Assembly (NCBI GenBank): GCA_964016885.1
Contig: OZ024740.1
Coordinates: forward strand, 55,118,001-55,182,000
Length of the DNA stretch: 64,000 nucleotides
From: Eledone cirrhosa
Lineage: Eukaryota
Direction: 5' to 3'
A model generated the notes under the pieces. The model was given only the letters and a program-made list of their open reading frames with translations, made no database searches and had not been told where the DNA came from. Positions 1 through 16,398 of this stretch are shown one piece after another. How positions within the stretch are numbered: position 1 is the stretch's first letter; each line of letters begins with the position of its first letter. A program made the position numbers and the translations under genes.

Positions 1-245
1 TGGTATCAATGAGATAGAGTACAAGTCAGGTACTGAATAAATTTAATCGATTAATCATTCATCAACATTTCTGACTTTGTACTTATGTTAGAAATAACTA
101 TTTTTGCAGTTTTGTCTACAGACGCATTTTACAGCAGCACCGTGAATGTTTGGAAGCTAGGGGGAGTAAAACCAACTTGAAATCCCGCCCCACCGTATCA
201 ACACTAGAATTATGTAGTACCATATACATTATATCCTCCCTCATA

Positions 246-309
<64 letters not shown>

Positions 310-757
310 CATATATGGATCAAAGAGCAGAATCCAGGGAGGCTACTGATGCCATGCATCAGTCAAATTTGTAGTTATTGATAGTGTAGATTTTTTTATT
401 TGTTTTTAAAAAGCTCGAATGCTACAAGCAAATAAATAAATATGAATAAATAAATAATTTACAATTCACAACGGCTGCATTTGTTTGTATCTATTCATAA
501 CATCTCTCACGCTCAAACACCTCAAATATAATTAGTAATATAGAAAGCAAGGATTAAAGAAAAAGAAAAGAAAGATTTTGGGCATGTAATACATATATTT
601 CTATGTATATACTACATTTGCCTAAAAGTAATAGCGAAAGAAAAACATTATATTCCACAAAGGCTATAAGGATTCGCCGCTCATATATAAGCTCCTATAT
701 TTATGAAAATATTTTAAAGTCTACATCGACCACAACCTCTCACCTTCACTCTGCGCG

Positions 758-859
<102 letters not shown>

Positions 860-1437
860 ATACTGAAACGTAGTCATCGAATAGGACCGATATACCTTCG
901 ATCGTTTCCCCATTCAGTCAATGCTTTAATTAAGACTGTATCATTAAGATACATTAATACACATACACATACACATACATACATCCATAATACATTGATA
1001 ATTATACACATACATATATACACACATGCATACGCATGAGTGTGTGTGTGTGTGTGTGTGTGTGCTTGTGTTCTAGTCATCGTTTTTTTTCTTTGCTTTC
1101 GTTATTATCATTATTACGATTAATTTTTTTTTGTTAATATGTGTTTATACCCGTCGTCAATTTTCACCCCTATTTTAATTATTTCCCCCTTCCGCCACCC
1201 TCTACATCCTCCCACTTTAAACCCTCTTCTCCTTCTCCACCACCCACCTTCAGTCGCATATACCCCTTCATTCACCTCTAAACCTCTGCGACAACCACTG
1301 TAAAATGTGAACGCCTATCTCCCACTTCATAATACGTCTAGCACCAACCATTGTGTTACCGCTATGAACAACAGCAAACAAAGTAAAAAATACTACTACA
1401 ACAATAACAACAACAACAACTACTACTACTACTACTG

Positions 1438-1489
<52 letters not shown>

Positions 1490-1664
1490 GGCTGCTAGTG
1501 GTGCTGCTACTGCAACTACTGCGACTGCTGATTCTACTCATCCAAGATCATCAATTCACTTCACCCTCTCTTTCTCTACATGAACGGTTTGACTTATGGC
1601 AGTGATGGTGGTGGTGATGGTGGTGTGGTGGTGGTAGTAGTATTAGTAGTAGTAATATTAGAAA

Positions 1665-1724
<60 letters not shown>

Positions 1725-2095
1725 AAATTGTAGTGGTGGTGATGTAGTTGGCGATGGTGGTGTGTGTGTGTGTGTGTTGGTTGGTTGGGGGTTGTGGTAA
1801 TGTTGGTGGAGTGGTTTAGAAGTAGCGGTAATGCAGCTAATAATGGTGCCTGTTATACCTACTGCTCTGCAGCAACAACAGCAACAACAAGGCCAACAAA
1901 TTCAACAACCACTCCCTTCCCAACACCACATCCGTACACCCGTATCCCATCACAACTCGACATCAACACTGACAGGGCAAAAGCAGCAGCACACTATCAC
2001 CACACTACAACCTTCTCCGACACTTTCCTTCGATATCTTCAGTTCTTTCTCGACAAATATTTCTTTACTTGTTCTCACTCTCTCTTCTTTATTGC

Positions 2096-2129
<34 letters not shown>

Positions 2130-2274
2130 CTTCTTCTTCTTCTTCTTCTTCTTCTTCTTCTTCTTCTTCTTCTTCTTCTGCTTCTTCTTCTTCTTCTTCT
2201 TCTTCTTCTTCTTCTTCTTCTTCTACTCCGCCTCCTCCTCCTCCATCCATTTATAACTTATTTATAGTAGCTAT

Positions 2275-2540
2275 TCTAGAGGGGAATGTTGGAGGGGAAG
2301 AGAATCGTCGTTCTCTTGGAAACTTTCGGCGTCGATGTGAATCAATTGGCTGCTGTGTTCTAGAGAACTTCGGCCCAGGGACTCAAGTAATTATATCTGG
2401 TGTGCACTGGAGGTGGACTGATATATTGTCGGTTGGAGGAAAACTCTACAGACAGATAGACCGGTCTATGATACACACAGAACGACGAAACTGTTCTGTA
2501 CAAACTCGTTCAGTGTCCAAGCGTTGCTGATCCGTAGAAC
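2275..2540 (+). pseudogene. Decayed fragment of a Tx1/L1-clade LINE ORF2 (C-terminal zinc-finger region)
   Basis: Manual translation gives F*RGMLEGKRIVVLLETFGVDVNQLA...FGPG...KLYR...DETVLYKLVQCPSVAD. This aligns with FYRGLVEGKSDDVLGETLGVDENQLA...FGPG...KLYRH...DETVLHALVQCPKIAD in the 54451-57819 ORF2. Stops and frameshifts are present. Confidence 0.8.
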
Positions 2541-3357
2541 TGTCATATATAGTGCACATATGGCATTTCTGTTTTAAGGATTTGTTGTCACAAGTAATGT
2601 GGATCTGGCTATAGGACTAGTCATGTGTGAACATTGGGCCACAACTCTTTCAGCCGGGAAAGTCGGCAGTTATCCGGTTCGGTGATTATAAGTAAAGAAG
2701 TTATATAGATATATGTGACTGAATATTGTTTTCCAAATTTGACTTGTAAAGTAAAGTGATAGTGTAGAGGGTGGCGCCTAAACCCACAATAAATTACCCA
2801 AATGGTGGGTAACTGCGGTGAAACAATGGTAAGCAAGAAAACGCCAGCTAAAAGAGGGCACTTGCCGTTAGTATTCAGGGTAGTCTACTGATTTGATTGG
2901 CTCTAATTAACACTTTCCGCGAACGGGACATTTAAAAAAAAAATTTGATGTTATTTTTTGTTGCATTCTTTTCACTCGATCACATGTAATCATGTGTTTT
3001 GTATCATTAGTACCACTGTAATAATTGCTGGCCTTGTGCCAAAGGTAGAATCAATTATTATTAAATAAAGCACCGGTAATGCACTGGGCTCGATTTAATC
3101 GAATCCTCGCCCCTTCAAATTGCTGGCCTTGTGCGTAAAGTAGAAGCAATTATTATTATTTGCAGTAATAGAAGTAGTCAGTGCATTAGGAAGTTGTCGT
3201 TCAATGCTAATAAGCTAAGGAAAGGCATGAATGTCACAACGAAGTTATCTCCCCTATCACGTTTCTTTTCAAATGTATAAGGCATTTCTGAATAATCAAA
3301 AGGGAATTATAAAGATCATTGTCACCTACACCAACAGCAGCATTAACAGTAACACTA

Positions 3358-3432
<75 letters not shown>

Positions 3433-3524
3433 TTTCGCCTACTGCTGGTGTGTTGCTGCTGCTATCTCTGCCAACACCAATTCTACAATTGCAGCTACTG
3501 CAACTACTGCTGCTGTGGCTGTTG

Positions 3525-3596
<72 letters not shown>

Positions 3597-3680
3597 TTGC
3601 TGCAGCTACTGCTGCTATCGAAGATGTTGAGACTGCTGAGATGTGTGTTGCTGCTTCTGTTGTTGCTGCTTCTTCTTCTT

Positions 3681-3748
<68 letters not shown>

Positions 3749-4907
3749 GCTGCTGCTGTTGCTGCTGCTACTACTACAAGTTGGTGAAGGCGCTGCTGCT
3801 GTTAGTACAGTTGTTGCAGGCAATACAGTAATACGCCGCCACCAAAACCAGTAGAACAACAACAACACTATAGCCACCACTAACACCACTACTATAAAAA
3901 CTCCCCCATCACTGCCACTACCCCCAAATATCAGCCCATCACTACCTCCACCACAAACATCCCATCAAAACCGCGGCAACCATTTTCACCAGCAACACCA
4001 TTAGCAATAACCCTACCTCCACCACCACCACTACTAACAACAACAAGATGTCTACCTCCACCACCAATAACACCACCACCATTACTACTATCGCCGCCAT
4101 GTCAGCCCACCACCTACTGCAATTACTCATTTGCAGGTTTTTCTACACTGGAGGAGTTTCTTTATCATGTGATGTTGACACTGTATCAATACTTTTCCAG
4201 CATGAGAACGGTATAATTAACCGTCTCACCGCCAAAATAATTTCTCAGTGTGCTTCCGCCATTTACTTCTATCACCACCATCCCTCTTCCAACAACTTTA
4301 ACTACCACCATAACCTCCACCACCATAACCGCCACTACAACCATTACATTCTGAAGTGTGCAAGCGTTAAACAGTGAGTGATTAGCGCCAGGGTGATGAT
4401 AATAAACACATAATCACACTCACAATCACACACACAAACACACACACATACACACACACACACACACATACACACACAACCACACACACACACACTCATA
4501 CACACAAAATAGAGAAAAAGAAAGCAAAATAATCCCTCTTCCTTTCCCACATCTCAACTTCTCCCACTACCTATGATAAAGTGGTTGTCGAAGACGGAGA
4601 TGGCGAGGGGAGGAAAATAGAGGAAACAGATACATAGAGGAAAAAGTTTTTAAAAATCTAGGAATCTAAGGGAGACGTTAATAATATTCTCTTGCAGTAT
4701 TAGCTTTCAATATATCTTTTCTCTTTGGATGTGCCATTGGTTAAATAAAAATAATAATTATGATAATGAAAACAACATCAAATATAAAAGACACTAGAAT
4801 TCTCTTATCTCCAAATCGATTCGTCTTAGCAGTTCTTCGTTTTCTACAGTGAATATTGGGTTTATATATCTACCTATCTGTTTCCCCCCCCCCCTCTCTC
4901 TTTCTCC

Positions 4908-4940
<33 letters not shown>

Positions 4941-4946
4941 GATATA

Positions 4947-5029
<83 letters not shown>

Positions 5030-5172
5030 ATATATATATAAATATATATATGTGCGTGTGTGTGTTTATATATACACACAGAGTGTGAAACATGTATGTA
5101 TATTAATACAGATATTTGGGTGCTTATATATATATGTATATATATATATATATATATATAAGCCGCCAAAAG

Positions 5173-5203
<31 letters not shown>

Positions 5204-5207
5204 GCGC

Positions 5208-5240
<33 letters not shown>

Positions 5241-5440
5241 TGTGTGTGCGAGCGTGTGAATGTATGTATGTATGTGTTAAGAGAAAAAAAAAACAGGAAA
5301 AACATCGATTTTGCCCTTCTTTATCTCTCCTCACTCTCACCACACAGAAACACAAATGAGTGTGTTCAGGTATGTAGGTAGGTGTGTGCCGGTTTCTCTC
5401 TAGGTGTGTGTTTGTTTGCGTGTTTGAGTCTGTATATGTG

Positions 5441-5496
<56 letters not shown>

Positions 5497-5713
5497 GTAT
5501 ATAATGTATTTTGTTCGAAGAAATCATACAAATTCGCGCGAATGGAACTGAACAACGGATGCTAAAGCAGGAACTAGGAAAAGCTTTCAAGTTTGTCTGT
5601 ATATTTGCGGCTGTACAGGCGTACATTAATGATTCTATATGTATTATTGCGTGTATTCATACCTGCACACACACACACACATATACATAGATATATCTAT
5701 CTATCTATGTATA

Positions 5714-5771
<58 letters not shown>

Positions 5772-6129
5772 TACATATATATATAGGTACACACATATAT
5801 ATATATATACATACATGCGTGTGTGTGTATGTGTGCGAGCGCGCGCCTGTGTGCATGTGTGTGTGTGTCTGGTGTGAGTGAGAGCAATGATGCTGAGATG
5901 GAGTGAAAGAGACAGAGATAGAGTTTGGCAAAGATTGTAAAAGAATAAATGATTGGAAATTACAGATCAAAATGGCTAAGAAAAAACACAGAAGAAATAG
6001 CAAATACAACTATTGAGACACAAAAACACAACAACAAATGAAATGCAAAGGTAGAAGTAAAACGGGGAAAGAGCCAAAGAATAAAAGAAAAAAAAATTGA
6101 AATTTAATAATTTATAAAGATAGAACTTC

Positions 6130-6615
<486 letters not shown>

Positions 6616-6900
6616 TAGTTGCTTGCGTGTTTGAAAGAATTGATTAAAATATCTCGGAAAAGTTTTAGAAGGTTCTAAATACGGTGAATAATAAAATAAG
6701 TTTATAAATAAAATAGAGAATCTTATATGACGAATTGAGGTGAATTTTTATTTTTGGATTTATCTTTGCTTCTTGCAAGAAATAATAAATATAAAGAAAA
6801 TTGAACTTACAAATGGGTTGGAATGTTTCTAAAGTTTGTGTAGAAATACTTCTGTGAAGATAGTGTGTAAAACAGAAAAGACATATATTCTAATTTGCTT

Positions 6901-6974
<74 letters not shown>

Positions 6975-7047
6975 TATATATATAATATATAATATAATAT
7001 ATATATATATATTTATATATATATTTATAATATATATATATATATTT

Positions 7048-7120
<73 letters not shown>

Positions 7121-7419
7121 AGTTATGTAAGGTTTTTGATATGAAATCGTGTGTCGAAACAAATATTGTTATACTTGGGGAGGGTTATATTGTTGTAATA
7201 TTGCCAAAAATAATAACAGAACACACTCACTATTTGGTTGGTTTTGGCTTCTGTATCTTTGATATCTCCATAGTTAATTTATTTGGCAATAAATGTTTAT
7301 CATTTATTGACCAGCGGTTAAAAATACAGACATAAATATATATAGATATACATAGTTGAAAATGAATGAACAAAATACAGGAGGCAATTGTACCAAGTTA
7401 TATTAGTGGAAGGGGAGGA

Positions 7420-7487
<68 letters not shown>

Positions 7488-7490
<3 letters not shown>

Positions 7491-7625
7491 AACGAGTAGG
7501 ACGCCGACGACTGAGCTCAAGCCGTCGGGGTCCAACTCGTTCCTATTACCCACTCTACTACCCTAAGTATTGAGTACTTTGGTGCGTTATGGTCCATCTG
7601 GTTCCTTACCACATTTCCTTCGTTT

Positions 7626-7627
<2 letters not shown>
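7488..7627 (+). mobile_element. Short TA-flanked fold-back element, family A (same family as 20640-21214 and 41767-41956)
   Basis: Hairpin aggaacgagtaggac...gtccaactcgttcct, followed by attacccactctactaccctaagtattgagtactttggtg...ccttaccacatttcc. This is the reverse complement of 41767-41880. Confidence 0.75.
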
Positions 7628-7675
<48 letters not shown>

Positions 7676-7894
7676 TATTTGCAGTCACAAAAGGAGAAGA
7701 CGAAGGTGTATACAGATAATTATATCCTCCATGAACATTAAAGCCAGAAACGCACACTCACAAATAAACACACAAACACATACATACACGCACGCACGCA
7801 AGGTTACACGTATTCATACATACCAAGCGATTCTCAGATGTGTAATTATATGGAAACATTTCATTTATGGGACACCAACATTTTATGCTACATT

Positions 7895-8198
7895 TTCTAT
7901 ATCGAGCCTCGCTTGGTTGGACATAAATGTCTGAGGGAGTTTGTCATTGCTGCCCATATTCGTCTCATGATATGGGTTCATCTGGTATCTCGGTTAGCAC
8001 AACATCGAGTTGTTTCTTGAAAACATTTACATCCACATCATTTAGGCCTCATATTTTGACAGGGTATTAATGAGGTGTGGGCCTTTGAACCTAAGGTTAT
8101 TGCATTATCTGGACATTACTCTAGATGGAACCATTGGCATTACGCAGCGGTTAGTCCAGTTGTCAATGCCAAAGTCTGGTGCTAGTCCTTCCAAGATC

Positions 8199-8261
<63 letters not shown>

Positions 8262-9200
8262 CGTATCTTTCCCATTTTCGTTCCAGGGAGCAGCTCTTTA
8301 TATTTTTTAGTTTTCCCAGTAGCTCACCCCCTTCATTAAGACAATCTTGTTAGTGTATGTAACTTCATTAAGGTTGGTATGGTTGGGCGTCTACAGTTGA
8401 AATCAATAGTCCAGTCGGCTAATGATAACCGACCTGCAGAAGACCAATATGATTTCCTGGTCTTTCGTTAAGAAAGTTCCCAAAATCCAACCATCTAGTC
8501 GCCTGCACATTGCCGCGATTTTGGTGATGTATGCAAGAAACGAAGCATTATTGCTGATGTCAATACTCAGGTGCCATATCGATTTCCACTCGGGTATTTC
8601 GATTCCTCTTTGTCCAGTCTAGCTTCGTTATAGTGGCCTTGTGTGTGAAGGTTAATGGCAGAGATCTTGAAATTTTCCAGCATTGAACTTCATGTTGTAT
8701 TCATCCCTTTGTATATGGCATGCACATCTTGCTGTTAGAGAGTAGCGTCAGCCAGATTCGTGATTGGCTGTACTACTTTCGTGTCATCAGAATAGCTCGA
8801 GGGAAGCTATCTGTACTACGGAGTGCCACTGAGAGAGCCACCGTTAACAGAATGTTCCATATATCCCGAAACTATGTTGTTCTAGACATATCATTCCATG
8901 ACAAACATTGCCGAAGGCTTTCGCAAAGTCAAGATATATGACATCCACATTTGAAAGGTCTAGCAGCTGTTTCAGTACCCAGTCATAAAGCTTTAAGAAC
9001 TGTGTAGGGCAGCTCCTTCCTTAACGTTAATCATGCAGGATGTCAATCAGTGGGCCATTTTCTTTTAAGAACCTGATTAGATTCCTTTTGAGGATACGTT
9101 CCATGAGTTTGCTGATATACGAGGTCAGAGAGACAGGCCTGAGATTGTTAGCAACTGCGTTACTTCCACCATTATGGGTAGGACATATGCCATTTTTAGC
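7895..9200 (-). pseudogene. Degenerate CR1-like LINE ORF2 (RT and C-terminus)
   Basis: Minus-strand motifs NLRPVSLTSYISKLMERI, VDVIYLDFAKAF, YSDDT, NMKFNAGKFQ, KILEGLAP and IPDEP. Many stops and indels. Confidence 0.85.
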
Positions 9201-9431
9201 TTTCACTGACATACTCTTTATGCACAAAAATTCGCTCAAAGAGAATCTCACTCGCCCACATAGAGTTGCATGTATATATAGTGTCTTAACATTTCGGACA
9301 CATAGTCGATCATCAGAATATTGAATGGGAAATAAAATAAGAATTAGAAAGATAGAGGATAGAGTAAAGAGGAGGAAACTGAAAAGGTTTTATGGAGAAA
9401 AAGCACCAGTGTGTTCAGATAATATACGCAG

Positions 9432-9517
<86 letters not shown>

Positions 9518-9559
9518 AGTGAAAATAGAAATGCCATAAGTGTCTATGTTATATATGTG

Positions 9560-9593
<34 letters not shown>

Positions 9594-10371
9594 GGCATAC
9601 TTAGGGAGAGAAAGAAAGTGAGAGGAGAGAGCGGGAGAAGCTGAGACGTGGGCGGGGGGGGGGGGGGGCTAGGGCTGGAAACCGACTGAAAATGTGTGAG
9701 AGAGAAAGAAATGATAATGTAGATCATCATTCCTCAGTTATTCGCACCAGATCCCTGATCTACAGGCAAAAGTAAAATGCGTGTATGTGCGTGTGTGTTG
9801 GCGTATGTGTGTGAGTGTGTGAGTGTGTGCTTGTGTATATGTGTATGGGTGTGGTGGATGTTGTTGTAACATCCATTTCTACACCCAGCGGCATAAACGA
9901 TGTAAGTGAAACGAGAATTCTACTACCATGAGGAATGCTAAACCGGGTCGCAGACTTGAATTGCCCCGAGCTGAGAGCTGATTTCCACTCTACGGTGGCC
10001 ACCACGAATTCTTCGCCTGCATCCGAAGATTGGGAACCTGAAATTATTATTGGAAAGCTGAAATAAATAAATAAATGCATGTATAAAATTTTGGTTGAAA
10101 TAAAGTGGAATAAAAAAAAGGGAAAGAAATATAGAGAGATGTGGAAGTGAGGGATAAATGAGTGTAAGAGAGGGACATGTAGAGAAAGAGGAAAAGAGGT
10201 GAGGAGAAAGTGAGAGAGTGGGGAGGGATAGATAGAAGAGAAGCTGGAGAGAAAGGGTAATAGAGAGTAGTCAGAAGAGGTGAAGTAGGAGTAGTAGAAG
10301 GTGGAGGAAATAAGGGAGTATAAGGTGAGTGAAGGGATGTGAGCTTCCGACTAACATAATACACACATGCT

Positions 10372-10434
<63 letters not shown>

Positions 10435-10625
10435 TCACACACACAAATGCAAATATAAACGACACAAGCATACACACACGCATACGCTCGCGTGTAAACA
10501 CATGTTTCCACGCGAGGCCCATCTGTGTAGAAGCAAAATCAAGTACGCATAAAATATATATACATACAAACACCGCTGCGTGTATATGTGGGTGATTTTG
10601 CGTAAATGCACATATACTGTTGTGC

Positions 10626-10689
<64 letters not shown>

Positions 10690-10814
10690 GAAGGATTCGG
10701 GACGCCGACTGTATATATATATAGATACATATCCGTATGTACTTGACAGACGAGAGAAAAGAGTACTCAATACCGATGTAGAGTTTCAATATTCCGTTAT
10801 TATGGGTAAGTAGC

Positions 10815-10890
10815 GACTCTTGTTACTCTTGAGTTTTACCTGCACACTCACATGATCATCAGAGTGCGCAGATGAAACTCCAGAGTAAGA
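10815..10890 (-). mobile_element. Fold-back remnant with degenerate hammerhead-like motif
   Basis: Imperfect inverted repeat tactcttgagttttacctgcacactc / gagtgcgcagatgaaactccagagta. The minus strand reads CTGATGA...AAAA CTC AA GAG TA, and the plus arm keeps GAAACTC-CA-GAGTA. Confidence 0.45.
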
Positions 10891-13469
10891 AGACTCACAT
10901 GAATATACATACATACATATATTGCACAAAGACAATTACATAGACATATACAATAACCACACACACATAATTGTGTTTTAGTTGAGTGTGCGCGCGTGTA
11001 TAAATGCATAAAGATTACACCCAGTACATGCGTATTCATTTGGTGCGTACGAAATACTCTCTGTATATATGTATGAATCTATGTATGAATCTCTGTATGT
11101 ATGTAAGTAAGTATGTATGTATAGCATTCATTCAAAACTGCTGTAACTAACACGTAAAACTGAAGAACTAATATACATTACATTCTTATGCTCCCGCCCT
11201 TTATTTGATTGTAGAATTTATCTCCTTCCACCATGTATTTCTTACTTATTCGGCAGCCGTTTTCCTTCGTGTGTTATACGCATGCGCAATGCTCTTCTGT
11301 TGGAATTTTATCGCCACCGCCCACACTGGTAGCTTGTTGAAGATGTACCCTGTGTGTTTGATTATCATGTAATCTTTTGAATCCAAAACATTGGAGTGAT
11401 ACATTATATCCCGACTCACTGGCAGTTTGTCTTTCTACATACTCTACCGTGCCAACAACACACACTGGATTGCAAATGAATTTGGAAAATGTTACAGGCT
11501 TTATCACATGCATATATATAGATAGATATACATACATAGATACATACATATATGCATACATATATACATAAATACATGTTTATATATATGAACACATACG
11601 TTTACATACATATATACATAAATACATGTTTATATATATATATGAACACGTACGTTTACATACATATATATAAATATATACATGACACTCGCCTTTGCCC
11701 ATACATACACACAAAGAGATAGAGAACACACACACACACACACGCATATATATATATATACATATATTTGTCGATTGGATTGGAAAAGAAAGAAAAAAGA
11801 AACTAGTATATAGCATATATCTGCATAATTACATACATACATACATTCATTCCTACATACATACATATATAAATTCATTCATATATACATACATACATGC
11901 ATACATAGATACATAGATACATACACACATACATACATGCATACATTCATACTACCTATGTACATTGCTACTTCATTTAAGGTGCACAATTGTATATGAA
12001 CTATTATTATTATTATTATTATTACTATTATTATTATTACTATTATTATTATTACTATTATTACTATTATTACTATTATTACTATTATTACTATTATTAC
12101 TATTATTATTCATTGCTGTCCTTGTGCCTATAGTAGAACGCATTATTATTATTAATAATAATTATCACGATAATAATAATATAATTATTTACACTAGGTT
12201 GAAACAAAAATGACCTTTATTTGCAAGATAATCATTTTCACTTACTTAGGGTGCTAGGGAGTTCCGTAGGTTAATGATTCGTTTCAGTCTCCTGTTGGGC
12301 AGAAACGGTAATCCGGTGCGATTTCCTGTCTCTTTATATTTTGTGTACTTTTTGTTTGTGGAATGCACATATAAAACAAACTACCCAAATGGGATATTTT
12401 ACGAAGTCAAAGGTAATTTTTAATACATAAAATTTATAAAACATATTATATATATAAACATTTTTATTATACGGTTCTCCATTCTACAATTTTTATATGA
12501 ATTATAGCACAATATATTAAATTATAGACAATATACATTCAATATAGTTATGTATATTTAATACAAAATATATAAATAATTCAGTATTCATTATTATAAA
12601 ATATAATTATATTAATATTATATACGGCGTTTACATATATAGTATTAATATAAATTTTTGGCAATATCAGGACAACATGACCCTCCGTAAGTATAACAAT
12701 ATCCATATAAAATAATAGACTATTATATAGTATATGTATGACTAATTTAATATACATTGAATATATCATAACTATGTATAAATATATATGCTATTTAATA
12801 CATAGTTAGAGTATAAAATAGTGCATTGTGATAATGTAAAGTTAAAAAAGAAATTATGAAATAAAGCAACATGATCCATTTAGAAATGAAAACTTTAAGT
12901 AACGGTTATTAATTGCTATCCCTTTTCTCATTATTATTATGATGACGATGATCACCTCTGAGTAGATGGTACTATGCCGGTAGACTTCATTTTATATTCG
13001 CTAGATATGACATTGTCAAAAACCTGAATGTGATATCTTCTATATTATTTATATAAAATATAGAATATTTTTTGCCTTAATCAAAATAAAATCATTTTCT
13101 TATATTGTTGAGCAATATATACATTATGAAAATCATCGTGGTGATGAAATAGATTGGAAGGCGCTTTCTGTTTGCTTTTAAATCCGATCATTTTATTTGA
13201 GATATACTTACATTCTCGATAAAAAATATTAATATCATAAAATATCTCTTAGAGGTACTAAATAAATAATCAATACAACCTATTACGGAATAGAAAAAAT
13301 ACAAAAAGGACCCAGATGAACTCTAGCCTAGCTAGATGCCACATAGTCATTCAATCAATTGTTATTTCAATACGAAAAAAAATCTTCTAGGGATTCTTAC
13401 AAAGTGAAAAATGGGACCTGTGCCTTATTATTGCCAAAATAATAACCATTACCATTATCATAATGGTTT

Positions 13470-13640
13470 CTAAGATATGCCCAAAACCAGCAATTTTGGG
13501 GGGAAAAGGGAAGTCGACTTATTTTGTCGATCCCGGAAAGATGAAGGGCAAAGCTGCCCCAGACGTGATTTGAACTCAGAACGTAAAGAACGAGAATAAA
13601 TGCGAACAAGAATTTGTGCAACGCTCTTCCGATTCTGTAC
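13470..13640 (-). mobile_element. tRNA-derived SINE (main family), diverged
   Basis: Minus strand has B-box-like GAGTTCAAATC and the central motif ctttgcccttcatctttccgggatcgacaaaataag. Confidence 0.75.
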
Positions 13641-13751
13641 TATTATTATTGCTATTGTTGTTATTATCATTATTACATATTTAATCAAATATTAAATATA
13701 TGAATCAAACAGTTCTAGTCCTGTAGGAGTCATATCACCCCCAGCCCACCC

Positions 13752-13854
<103 letters not shown>

Positions 13855-14206
13855 CACTCTGCTTTGTTCTACACCTTTCTACCGGCTTGAAACTACGCAT
13901 CAAGTGCTCACTCGGGTGAACCTACAGTAACTACACGTTACATTCCCTATATATAGCTGTCAAAACGGCCGGAACTCAGCCGTCGGGGTTCTGACTCTTT
14001 TCCTATATATATGTATATATATAATATAAAATCAAAAGATGGTTAAAAGAGTTCCATGTATTTTATTATGCGCATTTCAAAAATAAATATCATCATGGGA
14101 TGATATTTGCATTCTCATCAGATAAAATAGGGAGACATGATATGAAGCTTAAAAAATACTTGCGAGCAGTGAAGTGTTAAATCAACACACACACACACAC
14201 ACACAC

Positions 14207-14270
<64 letters not shown>

Positions 14271-14831
14271 AGACCGTCAACCTAATAAACCTTTATTTGT
14301 CTGCCTCTCTGTTTTGTTCCCGTCTAAATTTGCACTATATATATATATTTATTTATTTACCTTAGAATATAGAATAAATAAATAAAAATAAGAATTAAAT
14401 TAACTGTTAAAACAGAAAAAAGAATTAAATAGGGAAAATGCAAAAGGGCACATCTAAAAGTACTTACTTATGCATATTCAACAATATTCCCTCACACACA
14501 AACACACAGAATAAGATGTTTTAAAAACTTTCATGCATACACCCATACATACAAGCGCGCTTGTAGTCCTTACATCACACCTATACACGCCCACATGACA
14601 TATAGAAGGAAACTTAGCATAAGAAAGTAACAAAATAGCAACAAACATACAATAGTATAATCAGCAACAACAACAAACAACAAACAACGACAACGATTAA
14701 ACCAACAACAAAAACAGCAACGCGCAAACTTTCTCCACAACCAAAGTAAAAAATAACTCCTTAACGCATCCTCTCCTTACTTGTCCTCCCACTTTTTTCC
14801 CTTTTTCGATTCCTCACCACCACCACCACCA

Positions 14832-14863
<32 letters not shown>

Positions 14864-15031
14864 ACTGCTGCTGCTATTGGCACCAGCAGAACATTATCTA
14901 TTGCTAAGAAACAAAAAACTACTCTGTACTACTGCTGCTACTGCACACCACAGCTGTGGCTGCCACTGCTACATCTCCTACTACTCCCCGTGCTGCTCTG
15001 GCTACTGTGGAAGCCACTACCACTACCACTG

Positions 15032-15104
<73 letters not shown>

Positions 15105-15591
15105 GGCTACTACAACAAAGTCTGCGATAAACAAAACCCAATATATTTTTTGGTGCACAGTTGAAAAATTCTATCGGTTTTCTTTGTGTGTGTGTATGTG
15201 TGTATGTTTGTCTTTGTTGTTGTTGTTGTTGTTGTGTATATCGTTAACAACGGAGAATTGTTCCCATGTATGATTTGGACGCCACCAGCGCCTACCCCGG
15301 GCCATACAGCACCCCGGGTGGCAATCAAAAACTATTCCGATACTTTATGGATGAAGATGTGCGTTGGACAAATGCAGAAATGGTATAATATACATATATA
15401 TATATAATATGTGACTATAAAATATGTAATCTGTATAATTATTTATTATACTATGTCTTATATTATAATCTATTTGTTTTCCTTTCGTGTTTCATGTAAA
15501 TATCTCTTTCTACAGCAGATCCAGTAACTTTTTTTCAGTAACTAATTTTTCTCTCTTCTCCCAACACGTTCTGCCGCATTCTGTTATAATA

Positions 15592-15641
<50 letters not shown>

Positions 15642-15650
15642 GACACACAT

Positions 15651-15735
<85 letters not shown>

Positions 15736-15784
15736 CATATGTGCGTGTGTGTGTGATATATATAACCTCCGCTCTCACACATAC

Positions 15785-15816
<32 letters not shown>

Positions 15817-15963
15817 TCTTGATGGAGTAATCCAAATAATAACGATCCATGTTAGGTATTGGTTAAAATTCGTTTTAACTGAAGAGTGCTCGACTTTAAA
15901 GGGCTCTGTAACTTACAAGGAGCACTCTTCATTCCTCTGACTTTTTCAACGGAGACTTCAACA

Positions 15964-16015
<52 letters not shown>

Positions 16016-16126
16016 AGCGAGAATCGTATTTCGGCTATTGGAAATTAGCGAAAAACAACTTCCGAGATGTATATATATATAAAAACAACTTCCGAGATAT
16101 ATATATATATTTATATGTGTATATAT

Positions 16127-16175
<49 letters not shown>

Positions 16176-16398
16176 ACATAAAATTATTCAATATTTGATC
16201 TTATTCATTACAACAATAATTTTCAATTATTTACATTATCTTCGCTTTCCAGAAGCATCAAGCTTCCTCTCAAATTTTCTATTTTCTATGTTTTTATACA
16301 TCTAAATATTGTCAAGATATATTTTCCAGTGTTACGCTTTTAAACAGTTCCAACTGTTGGATCGAAATCAACGTTATATCTTAAATGTTATATATAAT

